From a virus, in the IMG/VR virus record IMGVR_UViG_3300022562_001757, positions 18,654 through 82,653 of that record: 64,000 nucleotides of DNA; one strand, 5' to 3'. Positions 19,201-28,595 of this stretch are shown piece by piece. Below the pieces are notes generated by a model, which saw nothing but the letters and a program-made list of their open reading frames with translations, had not been told where the DNA came from and searched no databases. Both the position numbers and the translations under genes were made by a program. Position 1 is the stretch's first letter. Each line of letters opens with the position of its first letter.

Positions 19201-21923
19201 CTAGTTGCGCCGTATGGGTTAGCACTCAGATGCCGCTGCACGATGGTGCTTCCACCCGTTCCCTGCTCAGGCGTCAACATATTGAGGAAGACGTTGAGTG
19301 GCGAAAATACTTCTTTGATATCGGTGACCGTACCCTCACCGATGATTTTCATTTCTTGGTACGTCAGGGGACGTCCGAGCTGTCCAAAAACGCACACACG
19401 GTTCCAATTGTCTAGGCGGCCAGGATTACGATAGTCCACTACGCGCGAACGGGCGCCGAAGACTACGTTGGTGTTTTCCATCACAAGCCACTCGATGGAC
19501 TGCTCGAAAGACATCTCTGACAAAGGATGCGAGTGCTTACCAACGTTGCGTACCAGGTCAGCAAAAATCCCGGCGTTGCGGTCTGTCCAAATGGGTCGAT
19601 TTTCAAACAAATCAGCCATGGTGGCGCCGGAGTTTGGCACCGCGGCGCGCGCTTGTGCACGTCCTGCATTTCGCGCGTCAATGAAGCGCTTAACCATTCT
19701 TTGCGCTTCAGCGAGCTGTCCCCCTTTGCGTCGGAAAGTGGACTGCACAACCGCAGTTTTTTGCTGCTTTTCACAGTTCTTAATGAACTGTTCGATCTTT
19801 CGTAATTCGTCGTTGATGCCGGAAATGCTTTTCTTGACTTCTGCTTGCAGCTTGGTGGGTGACGGGAGCTTCTTTTGCTCCTCCAACAACCGTTGGCGTA
19901 CCTTCAATCTGTCAGCTTCGGTAAAAATGGGCTTTGGAGCAGTCTGGCCACCATGCGCACCGGTCTGCGTGATGTCTTTTAACCGCGCCGTCAGCGTTGA
20001 CGAAATGCCAGTCAATGCAATGTTGAGCTGGTTCGCCGTCGACTTACCAAAATCTTCGGTTAGCTTGGATGCCCAGATGCCAATCTTTTTGGTTCGCTCG
20101 TCCAGCGAATTCGCTTCTTGAATGGGCGGTACGGGTATGATCCATCCGTTGTCGATGCCTGTTTTGACAAACGCTGCCGCTTCTTGAATGGGCTTTGTTA
20201 GAGAGTCAACGACACCGGTGATGACGATGCCCGAAGTGCTCTGTAGCTGAGCCCCAGCGTACGTTCCGGCTTGGAAAATTGGCAACAGAATATCGAAGCC
20301 AAGCGGAGAGTTGAACAACAGAACGGTGTTTGCGACGAACTTTTCCAGCGTGACTTTGGTAACCGCAGTGACGAGCGCCTTACACCGGCCATCAATGTAT
20401 GCCAACCCGTTTTTCAATACGTTGATATCGCCTTGTGCAGGCTGAACCCATTGGCCGTCAACGTTAGTCCGTGTCGGTTTTACGATTTTCAGATCGCTTC
20501 TTAGCTTGACCTGAATGCCAATGGTCTTGTTTTGTCTCGTATCGCGTTCCAGCAGCCAATTGTTGACGTCTATCGCATTCAGCTTGTCGACGATTTTTTG
20601 AGCGGCGCTCATTTTGTCGACGAGAGGCTTACTTTGCTCCTGCACAGTAGTTTTTGCTGCTTGCAGTGCTTTTTGGAAGCAGTCACTGTTGATGCTCAAG
20701 TCAGATGTTCGACATGTCAACAGCACCGCATTTTCCGCCAAACAATTTAGCCAGCGGTCGAGCACCTCCTTGAACATGTTGCGCACGCCCTTTAGCTTTT
20801 CCAGGACGGCTTTGTCCAACCCGATGGTCTGAAGAAGTGTGCGGTTACTTTTGAAGCGCTCCTCAACAATGTCGGCCCGTACTGCACCAGATTTCAGCTT
20901 CTCTGGCGTTGGATTGACATTGATGCGCACCCGCATCCGCTCATACAGCCCACGGATGTCGTAGCACTGAATGTTCATGGTGCGCTCGGCCGTTACAGGT
21001 CGATCGTCCCAGCTGTATGCCGAAACGAATCCTGTAAATGCCGGTATCCAGAGGTCGTGCCACTCTTTGTAATTCGGCCGCTTAACGGCTGAGACATGCG
21101 GCAGACGGATGAAGATGCGCACACTGTCGTGCTTGTGGATGACACTGCTGAATGGATTTAGCGGATAAAGCCACACACCAGTTTCTGGGTCGATTTCCGC
21201 TTGTTTCGTTCCGGGCTGTACCGCCTTGTACTTGCGATAGTAAATGACGTACTTCGCCAGCTCATCCGCTCGGGCGTTGGCGCGCCCTTGGTGCGGGATA
21301 ATCTTACCTCCACGATCGCGTGCTAGCCGCCAGCCGGTGCCGTGCACACGCCATGCTGATTTATTCAGGTTGGCGCAGATATTCGCCGGCGTGATGATGA
21401 ACGCGTCGTGGTTGTTGTTGAGCGTAAAGCTCGCTGTATTCATCCCACCCGTAGTTTCCAAAGACCAGCGAACATTGCCCATCACGTAGGGAGTGACATC
21501 TGCGCCTTCAATGTAGACGCGTAGGTCATTGTTTTGGACGGCGTACTTCTGTTCTTTGAAATCGATTTTGGCGCCGCACAGCCATTGTCGGCTACGGCTA
21601 GACACCTTCTTCTGAAAAATGCCTACCGTTTCGTTGGCGCTAGCGAGATATACATCCAGCGCCGGGCGGCATTTTGGTTCAGCGAAGGCGCCAGCTTTTC
21701 GCGCACGGTCGAATGCCGTTCTATTGGTACGGGTAAGCTTTTGCTTGAGATTACGCTGTTGGAGCTTGGACGCATTGCGGGCATTTTGCTTCTGTTCTTG
21801 CGACAGCAGCTTGTACAGGTATTCAGAAAGCGAACCGGACTTTGTGCCAACCTGGACCTGTGTCGTGTTGACAAAGTCGTTCAACGACCCCCGCGGATTA
21901 TTTCTGGCAGGTGGGTTGGGCAT
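16266..21923 (-). CDS. baseplate hub protein with M23-family peptidase domain (1885 aa)
   Basis: Hub-like motifs (VYIEGADVT, FTGFVS, PFRPYILPNRPI); M23 motifs HSGVD, LYLHL, GSTGN..AHLHL at about 17130-17875. Confidence 0.75.
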   Translation of the reverse strand: MPNPPARNNPRGSLNDFVNTTQVQVGTKSGSLSEYLYKLLSQEQKQNARNASKLQQRNLKQKLTRTNRTAFDRARKAGAFAEPKCRPALDVYLASANETVGIFQKKVSSRSRQWLCGAKIDFKEQKYAVQNNDLRVYIEGADVTPYVMGNVRWSLETTGGMNTASFTLNNNHDAFIITPANICANLNKSAWRVHGTGWRLARDRGGKIIPHQGRANARADELAKYVIYYRKYKAVQPGTKQAEIDPETGVWLYPLNPFSSVIHKHDSVRIFIRLPHVSAVKRPNYKEWHDLWIPAFTGFVSAYSWDDRPVTAERTMNIQCYDIRGLYERMRVRINVNPTPEKLKSGAVRADIVEERFKSNRTLLQTIGLDKAVLEKLKGVRNMFKEVLDRWLNCLAENAVLLTCRTSDLSINSDCFQKALQAAKTTVQEQSKPLVDKMSAAQKIVDKLNAIDVNNWLLERDTRQNKTIGIQVKLRSDLKIVKPTRTNVDGQWVQPAQGDINVLKNGLAYIDGRCKALVTAVTKVTLEKFVANTVLLFNSPLGFDILLPIFQAGTYAGAQLQSTSGIVITGVVDSLTKPIQEAAAFVKTGIDNGWIIPVPPIQEANSLDERTKKIGIWASKLTEDFGKSTANQLNIALTGISSTLTARLKDITQTGAHGGQTAPKPIFTEADRLKVRQRLLEEQKKLPSPTKLQAEVKKSISGINDELRKIEQFIKNCEKQQKTAVVQSTFRRKGGQLAEAQRMVKRFIDARNAGRAQARAAVPNSGATMADLFENRPIWTDRNAGIFADLVRNVGKHSHPLSEMSFEQSIEWLVMENTNVVFGARSRVVDYRNPGRLDNWNRVCVFGQLGRPLTYQEMKIIGEGTVTDIKEVFSPLNVFLNMLTPEQGTGGSTIVQRHLSANPYGATSHQYETRKSMIDQVCTLLDYQCYISPMGDWCFEFPNYNILPSDFGPTFRGAYEVDKQLISSSISEESGDLPTAWVLTGSELDKELQGVIERDFQIKNRFATITIMAPILARRLGIKVEDVNIALPGVGANFGPNGTHGPGGVAGALASLIIYGLFHINRQFGRMHKLQVSTPFRPYILPNRPIHLIPRQRIGLVKTVNYAMSPPGGECTTETDIGYVRWLNRDGTFRHAGGGTRMPLDYTQFQPGSVSLDTRRSAGNFSNRQPDVNLAALRSNDTVRADNGSRQGPGRTGSAAWNQTAVGEPQASALRAAFAKGKTLSGSTAGAKGTSKTVPTKPNTGVGRRAHRRPGSAGGPEASVKPSTGIQSSLDKKTGSKGSNDAKAGLRGDGTIGIKQRYDSTKLFYDAIPFFTHKPPNEYQFNQWGFVRTPGDAPAYHILGGKKYPYHSGVDLFANPKNSNVYAPIPFFSIEAAYQFGSYLTADKARAVPVSERYVIKNAQGQWVQEGKTRVFNVPADMQPFFVKKPHKISEGVRKARGILPGEVVKIKIKPDDPNAPTRFIETTYKFLLVNEYETWLKIRKKTKRIKPVQSTSIHDRGLYLQCEGYVSLPGTKLISASNIKQRDQLTKGPDGTVYRKLHCQLLYLHLGDIYEGPRGVYGAGTNEAPADPEKVHPLGQIGSTGNAGTALAHLHLTMKVRSAGRISDTTYSNTLREVLKARNEFLTRILAYKLTTVRGNLKEDPLNSTLSEAWKKRLRGKLTIKVQENGQTVTKTIDVNTAKAVDVIDALVKWQNVNSSFSWFTNPNQANVFGKKNLREWIDVNPLWFFTPEQIIDNAVQRSATPGGRIYGSKYIKSSRQRRAIVKDNKQHLCKRLGSSGLEKTRKKSVIKRTDVDRKSRSARNSFTSGARKRQIFQKQRRLEERMEERDITRQLALVQSERLEGALHASVRQYLDFDQKNTNQENAWKTGLSRFGQIDSAYL

Positions 21924-21931
21924 CGCTCGTT

Positions 21932-22366
21932 CTACTTCATACGCTTTTCGACTTGATTAACCAAGTGGCCCAAGTCATCACCGAAATAAGCGTTGTTTCC
22001 GCGCACAAATTTTGTGGCCATTCTGGAACGGAACACTTCTGCGATGATGGCACGCATCAGCTCATTTTCATGGTCGCCCAATTTCATCCGCCGGATCAAC
22101 AACTGCGCAATGCGCACCTGCCACAGCCGGTCGTAGATGCTTTGGAATTCGATTTTGTTGAAGATGTCGTCAGGAACCGCACCCTCTTTTTGGTCGGTGC
22201 GGTCGAGGTACTGCTCAACCAGTTCCAACTCAACCACTGCGGCAGCTCGGGCCGCAGAGTCGCTACGCTGTGCTGCCGTCCGCAGCAGCTTCGCTAGCCA
22301 CTGTCCGGTCGCGTCCAGTTCCTCGTACTTCGGATTGGTGGGTTCGTCGTTCGGAATGCTGCTCAT
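21932..22366 (-). CDS. hypothetical protein (likely start MSSIPNDE)
   Basis: ORF 21932..22546 with the more plausible ATG at 22366. Confidence 0.55.
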   Translation of the reverse strand: MSSIPNDEPTNPKYEELDATGQWLAKLLRTAAQRSDSAARAAAVVELELVEQYLDRTDQKEGAVPDDIFNKIEFQSIYDRLWQVRIAQLLIRRMKLGDHENELMRAIIAEVFRSRMATKFVRGNNAYFGDDLGHLVNQVEKRMK

Positions 22367-22601
22367 GATGTTGCTCTTCAAAATCACCCGTTTCCCAATT
22401 GATAGCGCTGCCAACGTCGACCCCGTACTTTGCTCCGAGGTCTGACACGAAACGTGCCAAGTTGGCTTCCGCCATCTGGTGGGTGAGTTTTGTATTTTGG
22501 AGTGCCTGCTCGGCGGCGCGGATCGCCATCCGCTCACGCTCGACAACTAAGGCCAAGACTTTTAGGTTCGCGTGATCAATGTCGCTCAGCTTCTTTGGCA
22601 T
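22263..22601 (-). CDS. hypothetical coiled-coil protein, possible fibre chaperone
   Basis: ATG right after the fibre gene; helical; 3' end overlaps next ORF. Confidence 0.55.
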   Translation of the reverse strand: MPKKLSDIDHANLKVLALVVERERMAIRAAEQALQNTKLTHQMAEANLARFVSDLGAKYGVDVGSAINWETGDFEEQHHEQHSERRTHQSEVRGTGRDRTVASEAAADGSTA

Positions 22602-22616
22602 TCGTCTTCTCGTTGG

Positions 22617-24410
22617 TTATTGGAGGTTCACCAGCCCTCGGATGATGCCTGTCTTGCTGCCCGATCCGTCATCCGCCAAACCAGACAGTGCTTTTCCTAG
22701 AATGCTCCCTGCGGGCGCGTCCGCCGGCGCTACCGTGCAGCGTCCACCACCAGCGCTCACCAAGCGGTCTCCAGGTGCGATAGAACCATTCGTAGTGATG
22801 GCGCGGATCGGAACAATGCCTACCACCGTCATGGCTAGCTTGTCGACCTCGGGCACCAACCCCTTCAAAATGGCCACTCCTTCATGGTAGCGGACAACTG
22901 TATTGCCGCCTACAAAATTCAACGTCGTGACGCCACCACTATACACCGCGGGGAGGACATGGACAATATAACCTCCCACACGGAGGTACTCTACGCCCGC
23001 CAGAGCCGTTGTGACGTCCCCATCGAAGGTCAGGCTGGTAAGGCTACCTTGCTTGTTTGGCACCAGTCCTAGGGGCTCTGCGGCGCTCTCATCGTAGCCG
23101 TTGCCCCGCCCCATGATGAGGGCCGGATAGGTGGAGGCCACCTTGACTCCGATGACCTTGGGGTCGGCGACGGCGCTCGACTCAGACATCTTGCCCTCGG
23201 CGTTCACCACCAATACCGTGCCGTCCAAATAGGTAGCTGCCGTGCCCTCTACCTGTACCCACTCCGCCACGTCGGTTGCCGGGCTGGTGTAGGATCCATC
23301 AGCGTGCACGTTCCCGTCGTTGTCGACATCGAACAGGTAGATATTCACGCCTGGGTCGTTGTCAGCGCCGGTGCGGCTGATTCGGAACATGTAAGCCGCA
23401 TTGTCGCTAACGTCTTCGCTATGGATGGTGAAAATCTCTTGGTTGGCCAGCAAACTCGGAGACCGATGCACCAAGCGCAAGGTTGCGCGATTATCGGCAC
23501 CAAACGCCGGACTGACGACCAGCAATGTTGTATCCTGCTGCGTGTCTCCAGGGTCGCCCCACGACGTACCTTCTTGACCGCCCACGGCGACACGAATGGC
23601 TGCCGCCGCAGAGCCAGCTTGGCTACCGGCGATGTAGAGCTTTCGTTCAGCGTCGGACCGTGTAGTACGCAGCTGGAAATGTGTGCGCAGTCCAGGAACG
23701 ATGGAGTCATCGATGGTCTCGATAGCCAGGCTTGCTTCAGAGCTGTAGTCGCCTACGTGGAAGGTGGAGCCCAGCGTGGAAGCCGCTTTGATGTCTTCCC
23801 AGCCACCGCGCAACGAACCGCTAGTGGTACGGAATTTGATATCGGTGTCGACATCAACCGCTAGATTGCCTGAGTACACCAACAGGCGTCCACCCGCGTC
23901 GGACAGCCCGAGCGCTTCCGGTCCACCTTCCAGAATTACGTAGTTTGTGGAGCCACCATTGGGATAGCCTAACGATAGGCGCCCGTGGTGATTTTTAGCT
24001 GTGACCAGTGTGGATCGCGGACCGATGGTTAGATTCGGCCCACGCCGGTCAGGCTGGCCAATGGAAGCGAAAACCGCTGGCGTAGCCAACGTGAGCAGCT
24101 CGCGGTCTTCGTCCGTAATCGGCGGAGCGCTCTGGTTGTGGCCAACACGAAAATAATTCAGCGCCAGTCCAGAATTGTTGTCGCTGTCGAGGAAGACATT
24201 GACGTCATCTGTGCCGGCAATCGTGCCACCACCTGCAACGCCGCCGTAGTTCAACGACGCTGCAAGCGTTTCTAGATCCGATTCCGTCGCGTTGTTGGCG
24301 ACGAGCCGAATTGCATTGGCGCTGCTGTCATCCGCCAGAACGCCGCTGTAGCGCAGAGCACGAATAATCGTGTCTACGACCTTTTCTGTAAGTCGTGGAA
24401 TTTTAGACAT
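22617..24410 (-). CDS. tail fibre/spike protein with C-terminal Peptidase_G2 (intramolecular chaperone)-like domain
   Basis: TDVAEW..GTVLVV..KVIGV..VVGIVPIRA..NGSIAPGDRLVS..ILGKAL motif series. Confidence 0.75.
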   Translation of the reverse strand: MSKIPRLTEKVVDTIIRALRYSGVLADDSSANAIRLVANNATESDLETLAASLNYGGVAGGGTIAGTDDVNVFLDSDNNSGLALNYFRVGHNQSAPPITDEDRELLTLATPAVFASIGQPDRRGPNLTIGPRSTLVTAKNHHGRLSLGYPNGGSTNYVILEGGPEALGLSDAGGRLLVYSGNLAVDVDTDIKFRTTSGSLRGGWEDIKAASTLGSTFHVGDYSSEASLAIETIDDSIVPGLRTHFQLRTTRSDAERKLYIAGSQAGSAAAAIRVAVGGQEGTSWGDPGDTQQDTTLLVVSPAFGADNRATLRLVHRSPSLLANQEIFTIHSEDVSDNAAYMFRISRTGADNDPGVNIYLFDVDNDGNVHADGSYTSPATDVAEWVQVEGTAATYLDGTVLVVNAEGKMSESSAVADPKVIGVKVASTYPALIMGRGNGYDESAAEPLGLVPNKQGSLTSLTFDGDVTTALAGVEYLRVGGYIVHVLPAVYSGGVTTLNFVGGNTVVRYHEGVAILKGLVPEVDKLAMTVVGIVPIRAITTNGSIAPGDRLVSAGGGRCTVAPADAPAGSILGKALSGLADDGSGSKTGIIRGLVNLQ

Positions 24411-24475
24411 TTTTGTTCTTCAGGCGCACCGGGCCTATATAGAGTAACCAGGGCGTTAGCCAGCGCGCATTCATA

Positions 24476-24504
24476 TTGACAATGCGATACTGTTGCGGTA
24501 AACG
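24476..24504 (+). promoter_or_regulatory. sigma70-like promoter, probably leaderless transcript
   Basis: TTGACA-17 nt-TAAACG, ATG 6 nt downstream. Confidence 0.65.
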
Positions 24505-24510
24505 TAGTGC

Positions 24511-24882
24511 ATGATCACCGAAATTACCCCAGAGCAATGGCAGCGACTCCAAGAGGAATGTGAAAAGTACCTTCAGCTTGGCTTGCAGACAGGACCGGCG
24601 GATCGCCCCCGTGCTGAGCGTATTCTTCTTTGTGGGCTGCACGAGCTTTCCACAGAGCGCTATCGTCGGCTGTTCATGTGGTCGCTGCTCAGTGAAGAAA
24701 CGAAAAAGGAAGCGCGTCAGCTAGCGTTTAGGCGCTACCTGCACGAAAGCATGTCCATCATGGAAAATCTCAATCCTGGGAGCGCTGCCTATTACGATTG
24801 CGTTCCTGGCATCTACAATGCGCAGACCGCCGAAGAGTTCCGTGCGGAAATCGACGCGCTCCGCAAGAAGTACACACCGTGA
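24511..24882 (+). CDS. chimeric hypothetical protein; N-terminus copied from DUF6745 gene 59369..60427
   Basis: First about 36 aa nearly identical to MITEITPEQWQRLQEECEKYLQLGLQTGP of the 60427 gene. Confidence 0.7.
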   Translation: MITEITPEQWQRLQEECEKYLQLGLQTGPADRPRAERILLCGLHELSTERYRRLFMWSLLSEETKKEARQLAFRRYLHESMSIMENLNPGSAAYYDCVPGIYNAQTAEEFRAEIDALRKKYTP

Positions 24883-25109
24883 GCTACATGGTTGGTATTG
24901 GCGCTGGAATGGCACGCTTTGGGCTCAAGCCTGGGCCACCCCGGATCATTTGCGACGGCTGCGGAGCCGAGGTCACCATCCTCGGGTTTCCACAGAAGTG
25001 GTTTATGGACGGTAAGCCGCCACGGGGTTGGCGAGGGCTGCGGATGGCTGATGAAAGCAAGCGATGGGACCTGTGCCCACGTTGCTGGAAGGGAAATAAT
25101 GCGCGATGA
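24879..25109 (+). CDS. small CxxC zinc-finger protein
   Basis: GTGA overlap with upstream stop; CDGC...CPRC. Confidence 0.6.
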   Translation: MSYMVGIGAGMARFGLKPGPPRIICDGCGAEVTILGFPQKWFMDGKPPRGWRGLRMADESKRWDLCPRCWKGNNAR

Positions 25110-25707
25110 ACGACCCACGGCTTTTGAGCGCCGCAACATCGAGGAAGCGTTCGCCACTAGCAAAGGTAAGACTTTTGACTGGGTGGATGAAGCCGGCATG
25201 CTGGCCGTGCCGTTGACCGATGGCAACTGGAAGATGCTCAAGCACAACGAGCTAGGGCGCGCCGTCGCTGATGGAAAAGTCAACGCCGTCGTCGCCTACG
25301 ATCCGGTGGAGGCCAAGCGTCTTGAGGAATGCCTGCTGGTAGACCAGATGTACACTGGCGTTGTGCGCATCGACCTCGCCTTCATCCGTGAGCAGATGGA
25401 TCTGTTTACACAGAGCGCCATCAAGGCCGCTGAAAAAGCGAACGTGCCTGCGCTCAAGCGCGCCCTGGGCGACCTGTGGCAGTGCCGTAAATTCATGGCT
25501 GACGATGATTGGAGTGAGACGCTAAACTACCTGCAATCGGCCGTAGCGCTGCACGAGAAGCTCACGCCGGCGCAATGTAGAATTGTTGCCAAAATCATCA
25601 CCGATCATTTGGGGTACTCTAGAGAAGGTGACCCGACGACAGTACGTTGGTTGCTACGCCAGAGCGAGTTGAATCCGTGGGCTGGAATTTCGCAACGCGA
25701 GGCGTAG
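25099..25707 (+). CDS. hypothetical protein (start MRDERPT)
   Basis: ATG with GGAAGGG RBS inside ORF 24892..25707. Confidence 0.6.
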   Translation: MRDERPTAFERRNIEEAFATSKGKTFDWVDEAGMLAVPLTDGNWKMLKHNELGRAVADGKVNAVVAYDPVEAKRLEECLLVDQMYTGVVRIDLAFIREQMDLFTQSAIKAAEKANVPALKRALGDLWQCRKFMADDDWSETLNYLQSAVALHEKLTPAQCRIVAKIITDHLGYSREGDPTTVRWLLRQSELNPWAGISQREA

Positions 25708-25710
25708 CCA

Positions 25711-26031
25711 ATGAACAACAAAAGTGACTGGAAACAGCTCGTCTGGAAAGCGAAGCACGCCATCAAGATCCGCGAGCACCGCGGCGGCACTGGCCTGGTG
25801 CAGCTTAACTATTATGACCGATGTTATGTCAGTGCATTACTTTCTTTGGAAGTTGTTCACCCGCCGGCGTGGCACACCGAAATTGTGCGGAGAGAGCTAG
25901 GTGCGCAAGTTCCGGCGGAGCTGATAATCGACCTAGACACCGCATTGAATAAATCAACCAAGGCTGCCTTCAATGCGATTGCCCCCAAAATCGCTGCGGC
26001 TTTCAGCAAGGAGGACACGATGCCAAAATAA
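25711..26031 (+). CDS. hypothetical protein (106 aa)
   Basis: GAGG RBS, tiling. Confidence 0.6.
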   Translation: MNNKSDWKQLVWKAKHAIKIREHRGGTGLVQLNYYDRCYVSALLSLEVVHPPAWHTEIVRRELGAQVPAELIIDLDTALNKSTKAAFNAIAPKIAAAFSKEDTMPK

Positions 26032-26044
26032 CTAGGAGGGCCTC

Positions 26045-26296
26045 GTGTCAATTTATCCCGATGTTGACTATGAAGAGGACTGGTGCGTGTTGCCTAAGCA
26101 AGGCAGCATGTCATATCCAAATTTACCGTACATCCGCTACCGCATCCAAGCGCAAACACCGCATGCGGTGACCGGAAAGCCGACAAGAACACCCTGGGCG
26201 TGGGATATTGTGAGTGAAAATAAGAGGGCACGTAGGCGGTGGAGGTTGCGCTGCTGGAAGGCGTATCGGAAGACGCGCTACTGCGTCATTTCGTAG
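26045..26296 (+). CDS. hypothetical protein (83 aa)
   Basis: AGGAGG RBS before GTG. Confidence 0.55.
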   Translation: MSIYPDVDYEEDWCVLPKQGSMSYPNLPYIRYRIQAQTPHAVTGKPTRTPWAWDIVSENKRARRRWRLRCWKAYRKTRYCVIS

Positions 26297-26981
26297 ATAA
26301 TTCGTACAAGCAGTTCAACGCAGCTATCTCTACGCGGCGGCTGACCTCCTCCATTGACAGGCTACCGTCAATCGACACGACATTCTGATCGCAGCCGAAC
26401 TCCTTGTCGTAGCGGTGCCTTATGATCTCATCGTAGAATGAATGCACACGCGCTTGCTCTTCGCTGGCTTCGTAGAACTCCGTGGTGTCGCTTCTCTGCT
26501 GCCGTCGTTTCTGCGCAACTTCTAGCGGTGTGCGGAGGAAGATGGTCAAGTCGGCGTTGCGCACGCCTTCCATCGTTGATGTCAGCCACTGGAAATATTC
26601 GCGATCGATTCCGAATGGATAGACACTGTCGTAGCTTCCACCTAGAACGCGGTGGTCATCCTGCACGGATTGGTAAACCATCGTCGACAGGATGTACCGG
26701 TCGCAGATGACGTTGACGCCGGCGTTCAGCTTTGGAATGATTTCTGTCGCCAAGTGGCTCCAACGGTCTGCGGAAAAGAGCTGCGCCATCATGCGCGGTG
26801 GTTGATGCTCTCCCGCTAGAAATTGGCGGATAAGCTTACCTATTGGCCCCTGCGAAGGCTCGAATGTAAAGTATGCAGAGAAATCCAGTTCATTCAAGCG
26901 CGCCGCGAGCTTCTTGGCCTGCGTGGTGGTGCCTGCACCATCAATGCCTTCAAGTACAATCAGTTTGCCTTTTGTCGTCAT
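26286..26981 (-). CDS. tmk: thymidylate (dTMP) kinase
   Basis: LIVLEGIDGAGTTTQ P-loop, LFSADR, VICDRY; start MTTKGK at 26981. Confidence 0.93.
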   Translation of the reverse strand: MTTKGKLIVLEGIDGAGTTTQAKKLAARLNELDFSAYFTFEPSQGPIGKLIRQFLAGEHQPPRMMAQLFSADRWSHLATEIIPKLNAGVNVICDRYILSTMVYQSVQDDHRVLGGSYDSVYPFGIDREYFQWLTSTMEGVRNADLTIFLRTPLEVAQKRRQQRSDTTEFYEASEEQARVHSFYDEIIRHRYDKEFGCDQNVVSIDGSLSMEEVSRRVEIAALNCLYELSTK

Positions 26982-27109
26982 TGTGTCCTCGTCAACGCTG
27001 CCAACAATGATAGCAGCAGCAAGATGGGCGTCATGTAGGGATGGTGAGGCCAAGCCTCGAACGCTGCGAGCGCAAAGATGGCCGCCGCACTCATAGAGGC
27101 TACTCGCAT
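26978..27109 (-). CDS. small membrane peptide (43 aa, MRVASMSAAAIFAL...)
   Basis: Fills the gap; stop overlaps tmk ATG (ATGA); two hydrophobic stretches. Confidence 0.45.
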   Translation of the reverse strand: MRVASMSAAAIFALAAFEAWPHHPYMTPILLLLSLLAALTRTQ

Positions 27110-27112
27110 GCA

Positions 27113-28306
27113 CTAAGCGGCAATGTGCTCGGTCTTGGGGCGGACCCGCCAGCGAAGGTGCAGACCGGGGACGATCTCCATCCTGGCCCAGTCGGTACGG
27201 GCCTTGGGTGGACGGTAGCCTTCCCAGCGCTTATCAGCCACCCAGGACGGCTTCCGAGGCTCGACTGCTGGGATACCATTGCCCAACGAGGCGAGCCACT
27301 CAGCGGCCTGTCCGGGCGTCTCCAGGCGAGGCATGACCGCGTTGTGCCAGAAGGCAAACTCGGTGGCCCGGGTCTGGAATCGGAGGTCGCGGATGAGCTG
27401 CCGGCAGCGGGCCAGGTAGTCGCTGTGCTCGGTGAGGTGATCCCGGTAGCCTGTCTCCTTGATGATGAGCAAGCTGACCACGTCGTCGATTTCCTTGAGC
27501 GTCCCCTCGGTGCGGTCATCGGCGCTTTGCGTGGAAAGCAGGTCAACGCCATCCACCACCGCCTGGAAGGCCGGCACGATCACTTCCTTGGACTCGCCGA
27601 CGACTTGTGCAGACTTCGTGCGGTCGCCTTCATCCGCAATGCCCATCCGCTGCTTCAACGCCTTGACGACGGCGCTGGCAACACGGATCTCGAACTCCAA
27701 CCGCGTGATGGCGATCTTGGCCAGCAGGTAGGGACGCCCGTAGAACGACGTCCACCGCATAGGGTGGATGAAGTTGTCGAACCGTACCTTGCCATCGGTA
27801 CCGGCCAGCGGTCCCAGCTTTTCGTTTTCCAGCTCGTCGGGGAGGAACTGGATCTCGTGCCAGCCTTCGTGCCAGTAGCCGTCGATGTCCTGGAGCATGA
27901 AGTTCCGCGGCAGGCCGACGGTGTCCTTGGTCATGACGTTGGCGTCCTCAACGAGCACGCTAAAGCTGAAGACGTCCTGGTTCGAGCTGAGTCCGATGAT
28001 GCGGCCGTGGCGATTCTTGTCAGAGACGACGATCTCGCCCTCGCGCACCTGCTTCGGTCGGCGTCGCTCGTACGTCGGTAGATTGATGGCAGCGCGGCGC
28101 TCGGCAAGTGCAGAGATTGCGCACGCCAGGTCGAGGTCAGTAATGGGCTGACCATTCTCGTCGACGTAGGCGATACCCGGCTTGCGCTCTGCTAAGTTAT
28201 AGCGCCACGTTTCGAGAATACGCCCGCACACTGCACGCACGTCGGAGTCGAAGTGCAGCAGCTTGGTGAGGTCCCTGTCAAATGCCTGTTGATCCATACT
28301 GCTCAT
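27113..28306 (-). CDS. hypothetical protein (about 397 aa)
   Basis: Long ORF, AAGGAG RBS, GC3-rich codon usage. Confidence 0.75.
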   Translation of the reverse strand: MSSMDQQAFDRDLTKLLHFDSDVRAVCGRILETWRYNLAERKPGIAYVDENGQPITDLDLACAISALAERRAAINLPTYERRRPKQVREGEIVVSDKNRHGRIIGLSSNQDVFSFSVLVEDANVMTKDTVGLPRNFMLQDIDGYWHEGWHEIQFLPDELENEKLGPLAGTDGKVRFDNFIHPMRWTSFYGRPYLLAKIAITRLEFEIRVASAVVKALKQRMGIADEGDRTKSAQVVGESKEVIVPAFQAVVDGVDLLSTQSADDRTEGTLKEIDDVVSLLIIKETGYRDHLTEHSDYLARCRQLIRDLRFQTRATEFAFWHNAVMPRLETPGQAAEWLASLGNGIPAVEPRKPSWVADKRWEGYRPPKARTDWARMEIVPGLHLRWRVRPKTEHIAA

Positions 28307-28328
28307 CGTTGCTGTGTTCTCCTTGGCA

Positions 28329-28580
28329 CTATCCGTCAAGTTTCACGAAGTGCGATAGTGCCCGTATATTTAGTGGAAGACGGTTGAAGTCTTTGTCCAA
28401 CTCGTACGATTTCAGACGCTCCAACAGCACTTCTCCAGACGTGATGTCGGTGTGGTATGGGATGATGACGCCAGGGGCGCCCATGCGAGCGATGATGTCG
28501 GACATCTCCGTGACTTGTTCGAGCGTACCGTCAACGAGTAGCGGAAAGCGCACCGCAGTACCTTGTAGCAAAAATAGCAT
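28329..28580 (-). CDS. hypothetical protein
   Basis: ORF tiling. Confidence 0.5.
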   Translation of the reverse strand: MLFLLQGTAVRFPLLVDGTLEQVTEMSDIIARMGAPGVIIPYHTDITSGEVLLERLKSYELDKDFNRLPLNIRALSHFVKLDG

Positions 28581-28595
28581 CGTACATCGTGCTCC

